Made by a program: the position numbers and the translations under genes. Source: an uncultured virus (IMG/VR IMGVR_UViG_3300008255_000131) (Duplodnaviria > Heunggongvirae > Uroviricota > Caudoviricetes). Taken from it: 64,000 bases of DNA. Positions 38,590-49,041 of the stretch are shown piece after piece; position 1 is the first letter of the stretch; the number at the start of each line of letters is the position of its first letter. The notes below the pieces were generated by a model. That model was not told where the DNA came from. It ran no database searches and was given only the letters and a program-made list of their open reading frames with translations. Location: the IMG/VR virus record IMGVR_UViG_3300008255_000131; one strand, given 5' to 3'.

Positions 38590-40171
38590 ATACTAGATCC
38601 TTTTTGTGACGAGTATGCGCAACATAACTCAAATTTGCCTCTTGCTGTTTCATCCATTCCTTTTGACCGCGAAAACTAATTTCGGTTGACCCAAGAAGGA
38701 AGATTCGATCATTTTCCAAGCCCTTGGAGCGATGAATTGAAGAAAGCGTAACGCTTGAACGCTGATCGCTGAAAAGATCCGTAACAGCATCCAAAATATC
38801 ATTCAAACTGTTTACTTCTTCCCTTTGATAAATGATTCGCAAGCATTCTGCGGTATCATCAATGGCAACCATTTTTTGTTCAATTCCTGCACTATCTCCG
38901 CCTCGGCTAACAATCAAATTCTTCTCATTATTAAACCAATCTTCAATTCCCTCTCCAAAGGTTTTGAAGTTATGGTTCTTCATGATTTTTTTGATGATTT
39001 TGGTAAGACCTTCTCCGATCGTGCGGCCTTTGACAACGGCAGGAATTCCCTTGGAAATGATGCTAAACGCTGCGCCAACCAAAGGAGCATTTTTCCTGCA
39101 AAGGATCATATCTCCTTCTCGAACCATGTCTTTCATTTCGTCATATTTGATATGTGAAACGGTTCCTTCTGGGGCGCCTGGTCGAGCCTCAATTTGAGGC
39201 ACCCATTGCTTGGCAAGCTCAATCCCGCTTGTCGGACATCGATAACAAACCGAAAGATGAAGAACCTTTGCCTTGGCGATTTTGATAATCTTTTGAAAAG
39301 AATTGGTATCGGCCCCAGCAAAGCCATTGATTGACTGGAAAGGATCTCCAACAAAGAGCATCCGGCCGCCACGCTTGGTACATTTCATAATTAATGAAAG
39401 TTGTGCCGGGCTCGTATCTTGGCATTCGTCAACAAAGACCCACGAATATCGCTTTGGCTGATATCGATTTACGTGCGGCAACCAAACCATGTCGGTGAAG
39501 TCGATGATGCCAATATTCTTCTTTCCGTAATCAGCAAGATACCTAATGATTTCACTGACCACCTGATCCGAATCAGGCGGAATATCAATATTATGATGAT
39601 TGGCCAAATCCCAGAGAATGTTTGGATATTCATTCCCTTCAAAATCAACAAGATCCAACCTTGCAATATTGAAAAGGTTCAAAATAAGCCCAACCGGAAG
39701 GAGAATTTTTCCATTCTCCTCGCCGCCCTTAAGCTCCATCAATTCATGATAAGAAAGCTTTCGTCCAAGCAGGAAACCGCCGTTCCTTTGAAGATCATTT
39801 TCAATGCTATTCAAAACGGTTTTGTACTTGAAGATTTGCTTCTTTGGATCTTCAACCTGAATTTTGATGTTTCGATTACAGAATCGAATTGCCCCAAATC
39901 CAATAGAATAAGAAGTTCGGGCAGTCATTTGAGTGCCCTTAAGCTTGGGCTCAATTTCATCAACAATCGCCTTGTTAAAGGCGATGTAAACACCGTCGCC
40001 AACGGTGAGCTGAGCGGCAGCAGTAATGCTTGAAGATTTGCCGCTGCCAGCAACAGCGTCTACGATACCGTTGCCCTTCTCATTTACGACCCAATCAAAG
40101 ATTCCGCATTGGTACTTACTCGGCTCGCGGTCCCACTGAACCATCGTTTGCCATTCGTTTGGTGAGAGCAT
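38561..40171 (-). CDS. UvrD/Rep-family SF1 helicase
   Basis: AVAGSGKS, VDECQD, VGDPFQSINGF, CYRCP and SIHRSKGLE motifs. Confidence 0.92.
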   Translation of the reverse strand: MLSPNEWQTMVQWDREPSKYQCGIFDWVVNEKGNGIVDAVAGSGKSSSITAAAQLTVGDGVYIAFNKAIVDEIEPKLKGTQMTARTSYSIGFGAIRFCNRNIKIQVEDPKKQIFKYKTVLNSIENDLQRNGGFLLGRKLSYHELMELKGGEENGKILLPVGLILNLFNIARLDLVDFEGNEYPNILWDLANHHNIDIPPDSDQVVSEIIRYLADYGKKNIGIIDFTDMVWLPHVNRYQPKRYSWVFVDECQDTSPAQLSLIMKCTKRGGRMLFVGDPFQSINGFAGADTNSFQKIIKIAKAKVLHLSVCYRCPTSGIELAKQWVPQIEARPGAPEGTVSHIKYDEMKDMVREGDMILCRKNAPLVGAAFSIISKGIPAVVKGRTIGEGLTKIIKKIMKNHNFKTFGEGIEDWFNNEKNLIVSRGGDSAGIEQKMVAIDDTAECLRIIYQREEVNSLNDILDAVTDLFSDQRSSVTLSSIHRSKGLENDRIFLLGSTEISFRGQKEWMKQQEANLSYVAHTRHKKDLVYVEEKQKQK

Positions 40172-40217
40172 TTTCTTTTGTCTTTCTTTTGGTTTGATTT
40201 AAGAATCCAGAAAAAGA

Positions 40218-40592
40218 TTAACATTCATAATCTCGGTTAGATATTTCAGATACCCAAAAGTCACAATCCGAAAGCAGAGCGTTAACATTTGGTTTTTCGA
40301 TGCCTTGAGTCTCGATTGTAGATTCAAAGCTCTGCCAAGTCAAGCGAAAGGTTTCAACTTTTTTTCGATCTTGATGCGCAAAAATCGGCACAAAACGATC
40401 AGCAAACTTTACCATCAAAACATGATAAGTTGTTTGGAGGCCGCGAGAATACACGCAGACGTTATCCCGATAGACGCACGCCTTCTTGACGTTGCGTACG
40501 GCTCGCCAAGCCTCATGACGGGACATGGTATGGTCTGGGCCATCCCAGCCGTTTACATCGTCCCAGATTTGGATTGTGTAAGCTTCGCTCAT
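40218..40592 (-). CDS. Hypothetical early protein (leaderless)
   Basis: ATG 6 nt after TAGAAT. Confidence 0.65.
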   Translation of the reverse strand: MSEAYTIQIWDDVNGWDGPDHTMSRHEAWRAVRNVKKACVYRDNVCVYSRGLQTTYHVLMVKFADRFVPIFAHQDRKKVETFRLTWQSFESTIETQGIEKPNVNALLSDCDFWVSEISNRDYEC

Positions 40593-40626
40593 TCTTTCAT
40601 TCTAAGATCGTTGAAGCTGTTGTCAA
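40590..40626 (-). promoter_or_regulatory. sigma70 promoter, leaderless
   Basis: TTGACA-16-TAGAAT-6-ATG. Confidence 0.7.
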
Positions 40627-40666
40627 GTCCTGCCTCTACCAAAATCAAAAGTTTCAGTATTCATAT

Positions 40667-41695
40667 TTATTCCTCTGGATTTGATTGAATTGGACACCAA
40701 TTGGGCGTGGCCCATGTGCTATCTCCAATTTCTCGCTTTGCCAATTTGCATGATACGTCATATCCGCTATCACCTTGTATGGCATAGTATTTTGTTTCAC
40801 AATGAAAACAATTACGACATGAGCGAGTGAGTAACACCCTTGTTTTCGGACCTTCATTTAGCAAATCAAATTTGTATGAATCAGATGCAACCTTTAACAG
40901 GTTTTTATAAAATGAAGAAGGATCAATTGTTGAAAGTCCTGACATTTGTCCGTCATTAATCTCAATCAATATCCATTCTCCATCTTCTTTCTGGGCAATA
41001 TCCAAAACAAAGAAATTTGTATGTTCTGAAACTCTTTTGGCAGCCATTTGAGCAAAATCAATTGCTTCTTTTGGAAGATCTTCGGGATTCTCTCTTTCAT
41101 AAATTGACCAATAATACCCATAAGAAACAAGTTCGTTTCCAAGAAAGAAAAGGCGCCATTCATTTGTAAATGGCATTCCATTCATTCCAATATCATATGT
41201 TTTCAATGGAACATATTCTCGAACGCATATTCCTTGTTCTGAAATAAAGGCATCGTCATAAAGTCGATTGATTACTTTTTGAAGATTTTGTTTGCAGTCC
41301 GCAAACATATGAGTATTCCATTTGAATTTTCTTGAATTGGTTTTTCCTTTTACGACATATTTTCCTTCAGGAATTAAATCCCATCTTGAAAACCATGTTT
41401 TTGGAGAAATGTCTTCAACAATTGGATACCATTTTTCAATATCGGCAATAAACTTGTGTTGCGAGAAGTTATTAATTAACTTCGAATTTATGAAATTCAA
41501 ATCTTTTTCAAGTTCATTATAAAATGGCAAAACGGAATATCTTCCGATAACCAAACTATTTGCAGGAACTTGCATTCTTGATGAAACGCAATTTTCAAAA
41601 ATTTCCGAAGCAAACTTTTCTTCTTCTTCGGTATCTATGTCAAATCTTGTTAATAGGCAAATATTGTTTTTCATATTAATAATATCTTCCGGCAT
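40667..41695 (-). CDS. ATP-grasp protein (R2K/DUF4343-like) with C-terminal Cys-rich domain
   Basis: NEWRLFF, FFVLDIA and WILIEINDGQMSG motifs; CxxCxxC tail. Confidence 0.75.
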   Translation of the reverse strand: MPEDIINMKNNICLLTRFDIDTEEEEKFASEIFENCVSSRMQVPANSLVIGRYSVLPFYNELEKDLNFINSKLINNFSQHKFIADIEKWYPIVEDISPKTWFSRWDLIPEGKYVVKGKTNSRKFKWNTHMFADCKQNLQKVINRLYDDAFISEQGICVREYVPLKTYDIGMNGMPFTNEWRLFFLGNELVSYGYYWSIYERENPEDLPKEAIDFAQMAAKRVSEHTNFFVLDIAQKEDGEWILIEINDGQMSGLSTIDPSSFYKNLLKVASDSYKFDLLNEGPKTRVLLTRSCRNCFHCETKYYAIQGDSGYDVSCKLAKREIGDSTWATPNWCPIQSNPEE

Positions 41696-42026
41696 CTTTG
41701 AGCTGGAATGTTGTGTCGAGAGTCCTTTCTTTAATTTCTATGAGCATGGGTTTTCTTTTTCCAAAAAATCTCAATATTTTTGTTAGAAAGCTTGGCTTAA
41801 AAAGTTTGCAAAGTCCTTCTGGATTAGAGTCTTTGCATGTAGGCGCCATCCCTTCTCCCCAAGGATTTTTTACGACTTTTTCTGGATGAAGACACTTACT
41901 AATCATGTCATATTCTGTATCTCGACCATAATAACAATGTGAACAATAGGAACATTCTACATGAGAGTTAAATACTTCAAGAGAATCAGATCGTCTCATT
42001 GGGTGATTATCTGTTTTGTTAAGCAT
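41676..42026 (-). CDS. Small Cys-rich protein
   Basis: CSYCSHC..CLHPE..CKDSNPEGLC..LTKILRFFGKRK. Confidence 0.65.
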   Translation of the reverse strand: MLNKTDNHPMRRSDSLEVFNSHVECSYCSHCYYGRDTEYDMISKCLHPEKVVKNPWGEGMAPTCKDSNPEGLCKLFKPSFLTKILRFFGKRKPMLIEIKERTLDTTFQLKDAGRYY

Positions 42027-42570
42027 TTTCTAATTCCTTTTCTTTAATCTCTTCTTTAATCTCTTCTTTTTCAAATTCTTCGACGAAAGAATAATTGAAA
42101 TCAAATTTGAATTTCTTATCGAAAACTTTTGATTTTCCTTTTATTTTTGATTTTCCATAAACCTGAGCTTTTCCATAAACCTGAGCTTTTCCATAAACCT
42201 GAGCTTTTCCACAAACCCAAGCTTTTCCATAAACCCTAGCATTTCCATAAACCCTAGCCTTTCCAGAAACATCAGCTTTTCCATAAACCCTAGCATCTCC
42301 AAAAACCCAAGAATTTCCAAAAACCCTAGCATTTCCAGAAACACGAGCATCTCCATAAACCTGGGCATTTCCATAAATTAAAGCATCTCCAGAAACACTA
42401 GCATCTCCATAAATCTTAGCATTTCCAAAAACCAAAGCATCTTTTTCAATAAAAGCAGACAATGCCACAGAAGCAGAATCCGCAACCCAGCCACCGATTG
42501 AACCATTGGGATTTCTATGCCGCTTCGCGGGGACTGGCCCATTTCCGTCTTCAAAATCAAATGTGCTCAT
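42019..42570 (-). CDS. Left-handed beta-helix protein, paralog 3
   Basis: Same caps; near-perfect 18-bp tandem DNA repeats (GKAQVY x3). Confidence 0.88.
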   Translation of the reverse strand: MSTFDFEDGNGPVPAKRHRNPNGSIGGWVADSASVALSAFIEKDALVFGNAKIYGDASVSGDALIYGNAQVYGDARVSGNARVFGNSWVFGDARVYGKADVSGKARVYGNARVYGKAWVCGKAQVYGKAQVYGKAQVYGKSKIKGKSKVFDKKFKFDFNYSFVEEFEKEEIKEEIKEKELENA

Positions 42571-42588
42571 TTTCTAATTCCTTTTCTT
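42024..42588. repeat. 21-bp direct repeats bracketing paralog 3
   Basis: CATTTTCTAATTCCTTTTCTT at 42024-42044 and 42568-42588. Confidence 0.85.
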
Positions 42589-42632
42589 CCATTTCTTTAA
42601 AAAACAGCATTAAAAACAATATTTATAGACAT

Positions 42633-42962
42633 ATGAGCAGCATTTTAAAGAAAGTGATACTTGAATTGATTGAATCACGAGATCACATGGTCTACGGCAG
42701 TGTGACAAAGAGAGAATACAACAATTTTTGGAATCAGACAAATGCAATCGAAGCATCTAGAAATTTAAGTGATATTGCCAAAGAAATATTAAAAATGAAA
42801 GAATTGCCTTATAAATCCGATATAACTCAAAGATCTTTAATGGACCGCGCAATCAAAAAAGCTGAGATGCTTGGTTTTAAATGCAAATCTAAATCATTGG
42901 AAGGCTGCTCAAATGAGATTGTTTCAAAGGCTCTTGGAAGCCAAATAAGTATGGGATTTTAA
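42633..42962 (+). CDS. Hypothetical protein (MSSILKKVILELIE...)
   Basis: ATG 42633 preferred over the ORF-track start. Confidence 0.6.
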   Translation: MSSILKKVILELIESRDHMVYGSVTKREYNNFWNQTNAIEASRNLSDIAKEILKMKELPYKSDITQRSLMDRAIKKAEMLGFKCKSKSLEGCSNEIVSKALGSQISMGF

Positions 42963-43666
42963 TGATGAAGAATTTACGCAAATATATTAGAATGGTTTTG
43001 CTTGAAGCGATGCAAGCAAATATTGATAATTTTGGATTATATAAGTCTGAGCAGGGAAATTCCATGCATTTTGTTTTGTATGATGCAGTTTCTTTTGTTC
43101 AAACAATGAAAAAAGAAAAAAAGATGATTATTGACAAATCAATGATTCTTGGAAATATTACCGTGAGAAAACATGAAGGATGGGGTCCTTGTCATGATGC
43201 CTGGGAGATAACGTCTGTTGCTGCCGTAAAGGGATTTGGACCAACCATGTATGATATTGCCATGAATCACGTCCCCAGCAAAACTTTGATGCCTGATCGT
43301 TCTTCTGTTAGTTCTTCGGCAAAATCCGTATGGAAATACTATAAAAATAATAGATCGGACATACAGGCATTACCTTTTGATACAAGTAAACGTTCTGCCT
43401 TGGACTTGGTTGATGATACAAAAACTGATTCAAAAGAAGACGATTGCTTTTCAACTCACTTTGGTCCTTCTGCCGATTTCTTAAATCATGCCTATAGATC
43501 TGGTGGCGGCGGAGTTAGCTCTGCTTCAGCAATTATGAATCATAAAAAATTAGTTGACGCTCTAAATTCTCATAAAGATGGCCTTGGACAACAATTTGAA
43601 GAAAAAATAGCTTCAGGTGGTGCTGAATATTTTAGTTCTCAGCATATGTTTTCTCTAGCAAGATAA
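42962..43666 (+). CDS. GNAT-like protein with LRKYIRMVLLE N-terminus
   Basis: AAVKGFGPTMY (acetyl-CoA loop-like) and SVSSSAKSVWKYY. Confidence 0.5.
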   Translation: MMKNLRKYIRMVLLEAMQANIDNFGLYKSEQGNSMHFVLYDAVSFVQTMKKEKKMIIDKSMILGNITVRKHEGWGPCHDAWEITSVAAVKGFGPTMYDIAMNHVPSKTLMPDRSSVSSSAKSVWKYYKNNRSDIQALPFDTSKRSALDLVDDTKTDSKEDDCFSTHFGPSADFLNHAYRSGGGGVSSASAIMNHKKLVDALNSHKDGLGQQFEEKIASGGAEYFSSQHMFSLAR

Positions 43667-43667
43667 T

Positions 43668-44522
43668 TTATTGCTGCATAAGGCTTGAAATAGCTTTAAA
43701 TGCCTTTTCTCCATTAATTGGGATAGGGATGCCTGATAAACAACCATAATCATCAGTATTAATCCTAATAAAATTGGCAGAATATTTATTTTTTAAACTT
43801 TCTCCAATCATTCGAATGGAAGGAATGGCAACGCCTGCTCCACATTCCAAAATTGCAATTTTCCCATGGACACCAAATTCCCAAGCATTAAATGCTTCTT
43901 GTTGCCTCAATGCTTCTTTTTGATTCCAATTGTAATCTCCAAACATCGCAATATTTGGACGAAGAATAAGACCGTCTTTTTTGGGAAGATCTTTGATTCT
44001 CATGCTTTCATCGATTTCGATATCGTACCCTTCCGATGAAATGATTTCATTTGAAAGATTATCTTTGTCATACCAATGAGTTTCAATATGTTGAAATTTG
44101 TGAATTGAGCCGTGAATTTCCCAAATCCTATTTTTGTCAATTCCTGACTTTTCAAATAATCCATCTACATTTGATGTAATAAAGAACATATCTTTTTTCA
44201 AGGACAATTCTTTAAGAAAATTGTATCCAAAATGTGGAACACAATTCTGGTACATGTTTTTCCTATGGCCATAAAATCCCCAAGCAAGATGAGGATCTTC
44301 TTTAAACCATTTAGCCTGAGCTAGATCGTAAAAATTTAATCCAAGCTCTTTGTATTTTGGATAGGCATTCCAGAACCCATCTTTCCCTCGAAAGTCTGGC
44401 ATTCCACAATCGGTACTCATTCCTGCACCAGATGTTACAATGATATGATCAGCCTCAGATAAGGCTTCTGCTGCTTTTTTAATGTTCGACAAGATCTTGT
44501 TGATTTTATCGTTATTATTCAT
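43668..44522 (-). CDS. Sir2-family NAD-dependent deacylase
   Basis: GAGMSTDCGMPDFRG, TSNVDGL, EIHGS and RPNI motifs; Zn-binding CxxC pairs absent. Confidence 0.9.
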   Translation of the reverse strand: MNNNDKINKILSNIKKAAEALSEADHIIVTSGAGMSTDCGMPDFRGKDGFWNAYPKYKELGLNFYDLAQAKWFKEDPHLAWGFYGHRKNMYQNCVPHFGYNFLKELSLKKDMFFITSNVDGLFEKSGIDKNRIWEIHGSIHKFQHIETHWYDKDNLSNEIISSEGYDIEIDESMRIKDLPKKDGLILRPNIAMFGDYNWNQKEALRQQEAFNAWEFGVHGKIAILECGAGVAIPSIRMIGESLKNKYSANFIRINTDDYGCLSGIPIPINGEKAFKAISSLMQQ

Positions 44523-45466
44523 TTTAGCTTTCTATTTGATTGAAGGGACGGTTCTTTTAAGCAAAGATCTTAGCCTTGCTGTGCCGCTATGTATTGCATC
44601 GCCAATCTTGTCATGAATCTCTTTATTTGTTTTGTCTACTTCTTTTCCAAGTTTTTGGCCAGCCTCAAGAGGTAACAAGAGAACGGGAACAAATTTACAA
44701 CCTGTATAGCCTTTTACTGAAACCATTCCATCATCATGAACTTTTGTTACCTCAGCATGAAGATAGGTTGAGAAATTCATATTGCTACACTCACAGAATG
44801 CATACAATTTATTATTTTCGTCCATTCCTTTCCTTCCTTTTTTTCTGAAAATTCATATTCCAAGGATAAATGTGCAAAGCTTTTGGAATAATTGCATTTT
44901 CTGTAATCCTTTTGATTGTTTCAAAAAGAGCTTCTGGAGTTCCTCGCTTGTCATTGTTCAATTTGTTTATGATTAAGCGCAAGCGACGTTTTATGTCAAT
45001 TACATCTTTATCGCTTAAAAAGCTCCATTTAGGTGTTGGCGGTGTGCGCTCGATCTCATTTTCAACACAAGGAAAATAAAGCTTTTCCTCATTTGTCAAT
45101 TTGGATTGCCAATCTGGGCCTGAAGGAATTTTTATCATTTTTATGTTCATAGCACTTGCAATCGATAAATTTCTAAGAATTCGTTTGTCTGGCTCATAGC
45201 TTCAATTTAAGCTCTTTGGTTTGGTTGTCAACAAGAGTTCTCTGTAAAGTCGCAAGACTTCTTTTAGATCTTCATTTTCTTTGAGAAGTTCTTTGGTTCG
45301 ATTTTCGACAGCATCTTCTATTTCTTGTTTGATATATACGGGCGCCCTATGAGGCTTGTCAGCAATGTTCCGAATAAGAGAATGAATATCATCGCTTGCT
45401 GGATTTTTCCTTTCCAAGTCATAAGCAATAATTGCATCTGGATCAAATTTTGCGATCATAATATCC

Positions 45467-45724
45467 TTAATTCTTTGTTGATTGATTATCTTCTATAGAT
45501 TGAAGAAGATCATCAACTTCACAAATCATGTCATTTCCCCGATCCAAAATTGGATCATATTTTTTAAGAAATGCCTCTATTTTACCTTTTAATTCGTCAT
45601 TTGCGCCTGAATCATCAAGAGCCTCTTCAATTTCATACATTGCATCGCTAAGCTCATCACAAGCATCGTCGTATGATTCGGCAGATTCAACTAGGGCACT
45701 GAGTTTTTCTTTGAGTTCGTCCAT
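45467..45724 (-). CDS. Small highly acidic protein (leaderless)
   Basis: About 26 D/E vs about 8 K/R in 85 aa. Confidence 0.7.
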   Translation of the reverse strand: MDELKEKLSALVESAESYDDACDELSDAMYEIEEALDDSGANDELKGKIEAFLKKYDPILDRGNDMICEVDDLLQSIEDNQSTKN

Positions 45725-45759
45725 AAACTCACTTTAGATCGTTCTGGCCCTCATGTCAA
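45722..45759 (-). promoter_or_regulatory. sigma70 promoter, leaderless
   Basis: TTGACA-17-TAAAGT-6-ATG. Confidence 0.7.
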
Positions 45760-46800
45760 GTTCAAAAATGATCGTGATGATATTGCTTATGAGGAGAAAT
45801 ATAAAGCAAACCTTCTGAATTCAGATTTTTTTGCTTTATTAAGATTCTTATATTTTCTCTCGTAATCTGTGTTTTATTTTCCTTGATTCTTTCTGATATA
45901 AATATCAGAAATATTATTGATCGAATTGAGATAAAAGAAACAATCAAAGAGACAATTCCAACAATAAGCAAGATATTTGTAGGAAGGGACTCGTCAACAC
46001 TAGCAATTATATAGGTCGTAATTGAAAAAAGAGAAGCCAAGCCAAATGAAAGTTGGCTTAGTAAAAATTTGTCCTTAGATATTTGCCTTTTTTCAATTAG
46101 TAATTCTTCCAATTTTTCATTTGTTAGTTCAGGAAATGATGACCGATAAATTGGATCATTTGATTTACTCATTTTTTAATTCTTTCAATGCATCTTTAAT
46201 TTCCTGATCTTGATCCAGGATTGAAATCTTAATTCCAACAGCGGACAAGGCAATCCAAACAAATCGATGATCAGCCCATGTTTTGGACTTCACAAAAATT
46301 TTTGCTTCGTGTAATGCCCTAATTAATGCATTTCCAAAAGATTCGTCATTATTCATTTGAAAGCTCTTTCAGTGAAACCCATACATTTCCATTGCAGTCA
46401 AATTCAAGAATTCCGTACTTGGTAATATCTACATTACCCAATTTACTTTGACGATCATTAAGATACTTTAGAAAAGTTTTAGCTGGATCGGTTTCGATGT
46501 TGTCTGAAATCCCTCCATTAGTATTAAACATTTTAAATGTACCGATATGAGAAGATAAGCAAGATACAGCAATTCGAAAATCTTCAATATAAAAAGCATC
46601 GATCGCATAAGCCAGCTTTGCATTTTTATCGTCAGGATAAAGGCAATAAAATGCACGACCATCTGGTCCGCAAAGGATAATTCCGATATGAACTATCATT
46701 TCCCAATCCCAGCCATTAGGAGGTTGGGGGAGTTGCATTTTAAAAGAGTTGATGCTGTTGTCTTTCATGTCTGAAAGTCTAATCATGGGTTAAAAGCAAG

Positions 46801-47286
46801 TCAATAGCCAGCTAGCATAAATTGAGGAGTTGACCTAGGCGATTTCCATGTTGCAAATCTTACCTTGTCTTTTCTATAGAATTCTTGATATGCATCGACC
46901 GCGCATTCTTTTTTATATTCGTCAGGCATAGCCTGAGCAAATTCGGTCATGTACCCTTTTGGAATGACATGAAATAAGCTCTCGCAGTCCCTAATGACGT
47001 TGGCTGACTTGTGTTCGCTTGACCGCGGATACCTCAAGAGGTGTTCGTCAACAAGCGCCTTAGACAACTGAACGAGCCACATAAAGTTGTCTCGGCTTTT
47101 TCGTGCCCAAATGGTGCAAGGATGGTTTATATGAGTCGGCTTATATTTTACTGCCCGACTCTTGTCATGACAATGAATTGAAGAGCACAGCATTTGTGCT
47201 GATTCAAGAATCATTTTTATGACGTGACGATCGCAGTGCAAAGCGGCCGCTTTTTGAGGATCGTAATCTAAAACGAAGATGTTCAT
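46801..47286 (-). CDS. Pyrimidine-dimer DNA glycosylase / DenV-like protein
   Basis: MNIFVL..DP...CDRHVIKMILESAQML, THINHPC and QAMPDEYK motifs. Confidence 0.8.
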   Translation of the reverse strand: MNIFVLDYDPQKAAALHCDRHVIKMILESAQMLCSSIHCHDKSRAVKYKPTHINHPCTIWARKSRDNFMWLVQLSKALVDEHLLRYPRSSEHKSANVIRDCESLFHVIPKGYMTEFAQAMPDEYKKECAVDAYQEFYRKDKVRFATWKSPRSTPQFMLAGY

Positions 47287-47783
47287 GCTTGGACTTTTTC
47301 TTCAATTGTTTCTTTTTTAAAATCAGATTCTTCACAGATTATGTCTGAGTAAGAAAAATTAAATCTAAAAGACTTATTATGAATTCTGGAGTTTCCTTTA
47401 ATGTCTGAAGCGCCTCTGATTTTTGAGTTGCCATAAATCAAAGCCTCTCCAAAAACCCTAGCATCTCCAGAAACCTGAGCATTTTCAAAAACACAAGCAT
47501 TTCCATAAACCTCAGCATTTCCAAAAACCTGAGCATTATCATAAATCCAAGCATTTCCAGAAACTTGAGCATTTCCAAAAACTTGAGCTCCACTAAAAAC
47601 CTCAGCTTTTTCAGAAACCCTAGCTTTTCCATAAACCTTTGCATCTTTTCCAACAAAACATGTTGATTCAACAAAAGCACTATCCGCCACCCAACCGCCT
47701 TCCGTTCCATCAGGATTAACATGGCGATGGGCCGGAACCGGACCTTTTCCATCATTAAAATCAAAGAATAACTTATTGCTCAT
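47283..47783 (-). CDS. Left-handed beta-helix protein, paralog 4
   Basis: Same caps and GNAQVF repeats. Confidence 0.88.
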   Translation of the reverse strand: MSNKLFFDFNDGKGPVPAHRHVNPDGTEGGWVADSAFVESTCFVGKDAKVYGKARVSEKAEVFSGAQVFGNAQVSGNAWIYDNAQVFGNAEVYGNACVFENAQVSGDARVFGEALIYGNSKIRGASDIKGNSRIHNKSFRFNFSYSDIICEESDFKKETIEEKVQA

Positions 47784-48138
47784 TTAGAATTTTTACTCCT
47801 TCAAAATATACTTCATCATAGCGAGGAGAAGTATATTTTGTCACTTTAAATTTTTTAATATTTTCAATTCCTGCCAACATCTTTTGCCTAGCAACAGGAT
47901 TGGCTGTATGAACATGAATAATTGGAATGTGAATGGAAGGATCATTGAAGACGGCTTCTTCAAGAAATTTGACAACATCATATCCTTCTTGATCTTCTAA
48001 TCCAAGATCGTTATCCAAAGAAATTTCAAAAACCTTCGAATCTTTCAATATGGAAATCATTTCTTGAGCTGATTTAACGAGAAGCCAGCCTTGTGGAGCG
48101 GGTCTTTCATCGTCAAGCCAAATTCTCATAATTTTCAT
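47773..48138 (-). CDS. Cyclic-phosphate-processing receiver-domain protein
   Basis: IWLDDERPAP.GW, ISLDNDLG, GYDV and VHTANPV motifs. Confidence 0.8.
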   Translation of the reverse strand: MKIMRIWLDDERPAPQGWLLVKSAQEMISILKDSKVFEISLDNDLGLEDQEGYDVVKFLEEAVFNDPSIHIPIIHVHTANPVARQKMLAGIENIKKFKVTKYTSPRYDEVYFEGVKILNEQ

Positions 48139-48527
48139 ACAACCTTTGCAAATCCGTCATTCGTGGAGAAGTAGACGTGTCGACATCCTACCACACGCAA
48201 AAAGCTTGCGCAACAAGAACAAGGCTTTGAAAGCCTAAGCTGACCGCGCTTATTTAGACGAATATTAACAATATCAAAAGGCTTAGAATGATCAATGATT
48301 CCCTTGGCCTTACGATAAACATCGTTCTCGGAATGGATTTTTCCAAACTCTTGGGAGTATCCAAAGCCCTCTAGGGGCGGACCCTTTCGATTAAATCCCA
48401 TTTCAAGAATTTTATTGTTTTGAACAATAAAAGAGAAATGGTGAAAATTGTTGTATTCTGGGTGGGACTCGGGATTGTTTTTTGCCCGAGCAAGGTGAAG
48501 GCATTGCTTTATGATCTTCTTGCGCAT
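48135..48527 (-). CDS. Cytidine/deoxycytidylate deaminase-fold protein
   Basis: HSE and SKPCSCC motifs, then VYFST. Confidence 0.75.
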   Translation of the reverse strand: MRKKIIKQCLHLARAKNNPESHPEYNNFHHFSFIVQNNKILEMGFNRKGPPLEGFGYSQEFGKIHSENDVYRKAKGIIDHSKPFDIVNIRLNKRGQLRLSKPCSCCASFLRVVGCRHVYFSTNDGFAKVV

Positions 48528-48556
48528 GGTCTCATCGAAGGCTGGAGGGAGCTTTC

Positions 48557-48584
48557 AATATAAGCTTTGCGAGTCCGATGTCAA
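48557..48584 (-). promoter_or_regulatory. sigma70 promoter
   Basis: TTGACA-16-TATATT. Confidence 0.65.
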
Positions 48585-48606
48585 GACCTTTTCAATCAAA
48601 AATGTG

Positions 48607-49041
48607 CTAATCTGCTAATTCTTTTTCTTTAATCGGCTCTAATTCTTCTTCAAATTTTTGGATAAAAGAATAATTGAAATCAAATTGAAATTTCTTATTT
48701 TTGATTTTTGATTTTTCTTTTATTTTTGAATTTCCATAAACCTCAGCATTCCCAGAAATCTCAGCATTTCCAAAAACCCGAGCATTTCCAAAAACCCTAG
48801 CTTTTCCAAAAACCCAAACATTTCCAGAAACCACAGCATTTCCATAAACCTGAGCTTTTCCAAAAACCTGAGCATCTCCAAAAACCAAAGAATTTCCAAA
48901 AATCTTTGCATTTTTTCCAATAAAAGCAGAATTTCTAACAGAAGCACTATCTGCAACCCAGCCTCCTTCCGATCCATTGGGATTTCTATGCCGCTTCGCG
49001 GGAACAGGACCATTTCCATCGTTAAAATCAAATGTGCTCAT
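48607..49041 (-). CDS. Left-handed beta-helix protein, paralog 5
   Basis: Same caps; shortest member. Confidence 0.88.
   Translation of the reverse strand: MSTFDFNDGNGPVPAKRHRNPNGSEGGWVADSASVRNSAFIGKNAKIFGNSLVFGDAQVFGKAQVYGNAVVSGNVWVFGKARVFGNARVFGNAEISGNAEVYGNSKIKEKSKIKNKKFQFDFNYSFIQKFEEELEPIKEKELAD

Noticed and set aside
39401..40033. 210-aa plus-strand ORF and similar antisense ORFs inside clpB and the ligases
   Set aside because: Antisense to well-supported genes, with no motifs or RBS.
42140..42440. 18-bp tandem repeats as a CRISPR array
   Set aside because: No unique spacers; they are in-frame hexapeptide coding repeats, and no cas genes are present.
47438..47764. MEMLRFLEML-type ORFs (also 42141, 48720, 49911, 23471)
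   Set aside because: Alternate-frame shadows of the beta-helix repeats.
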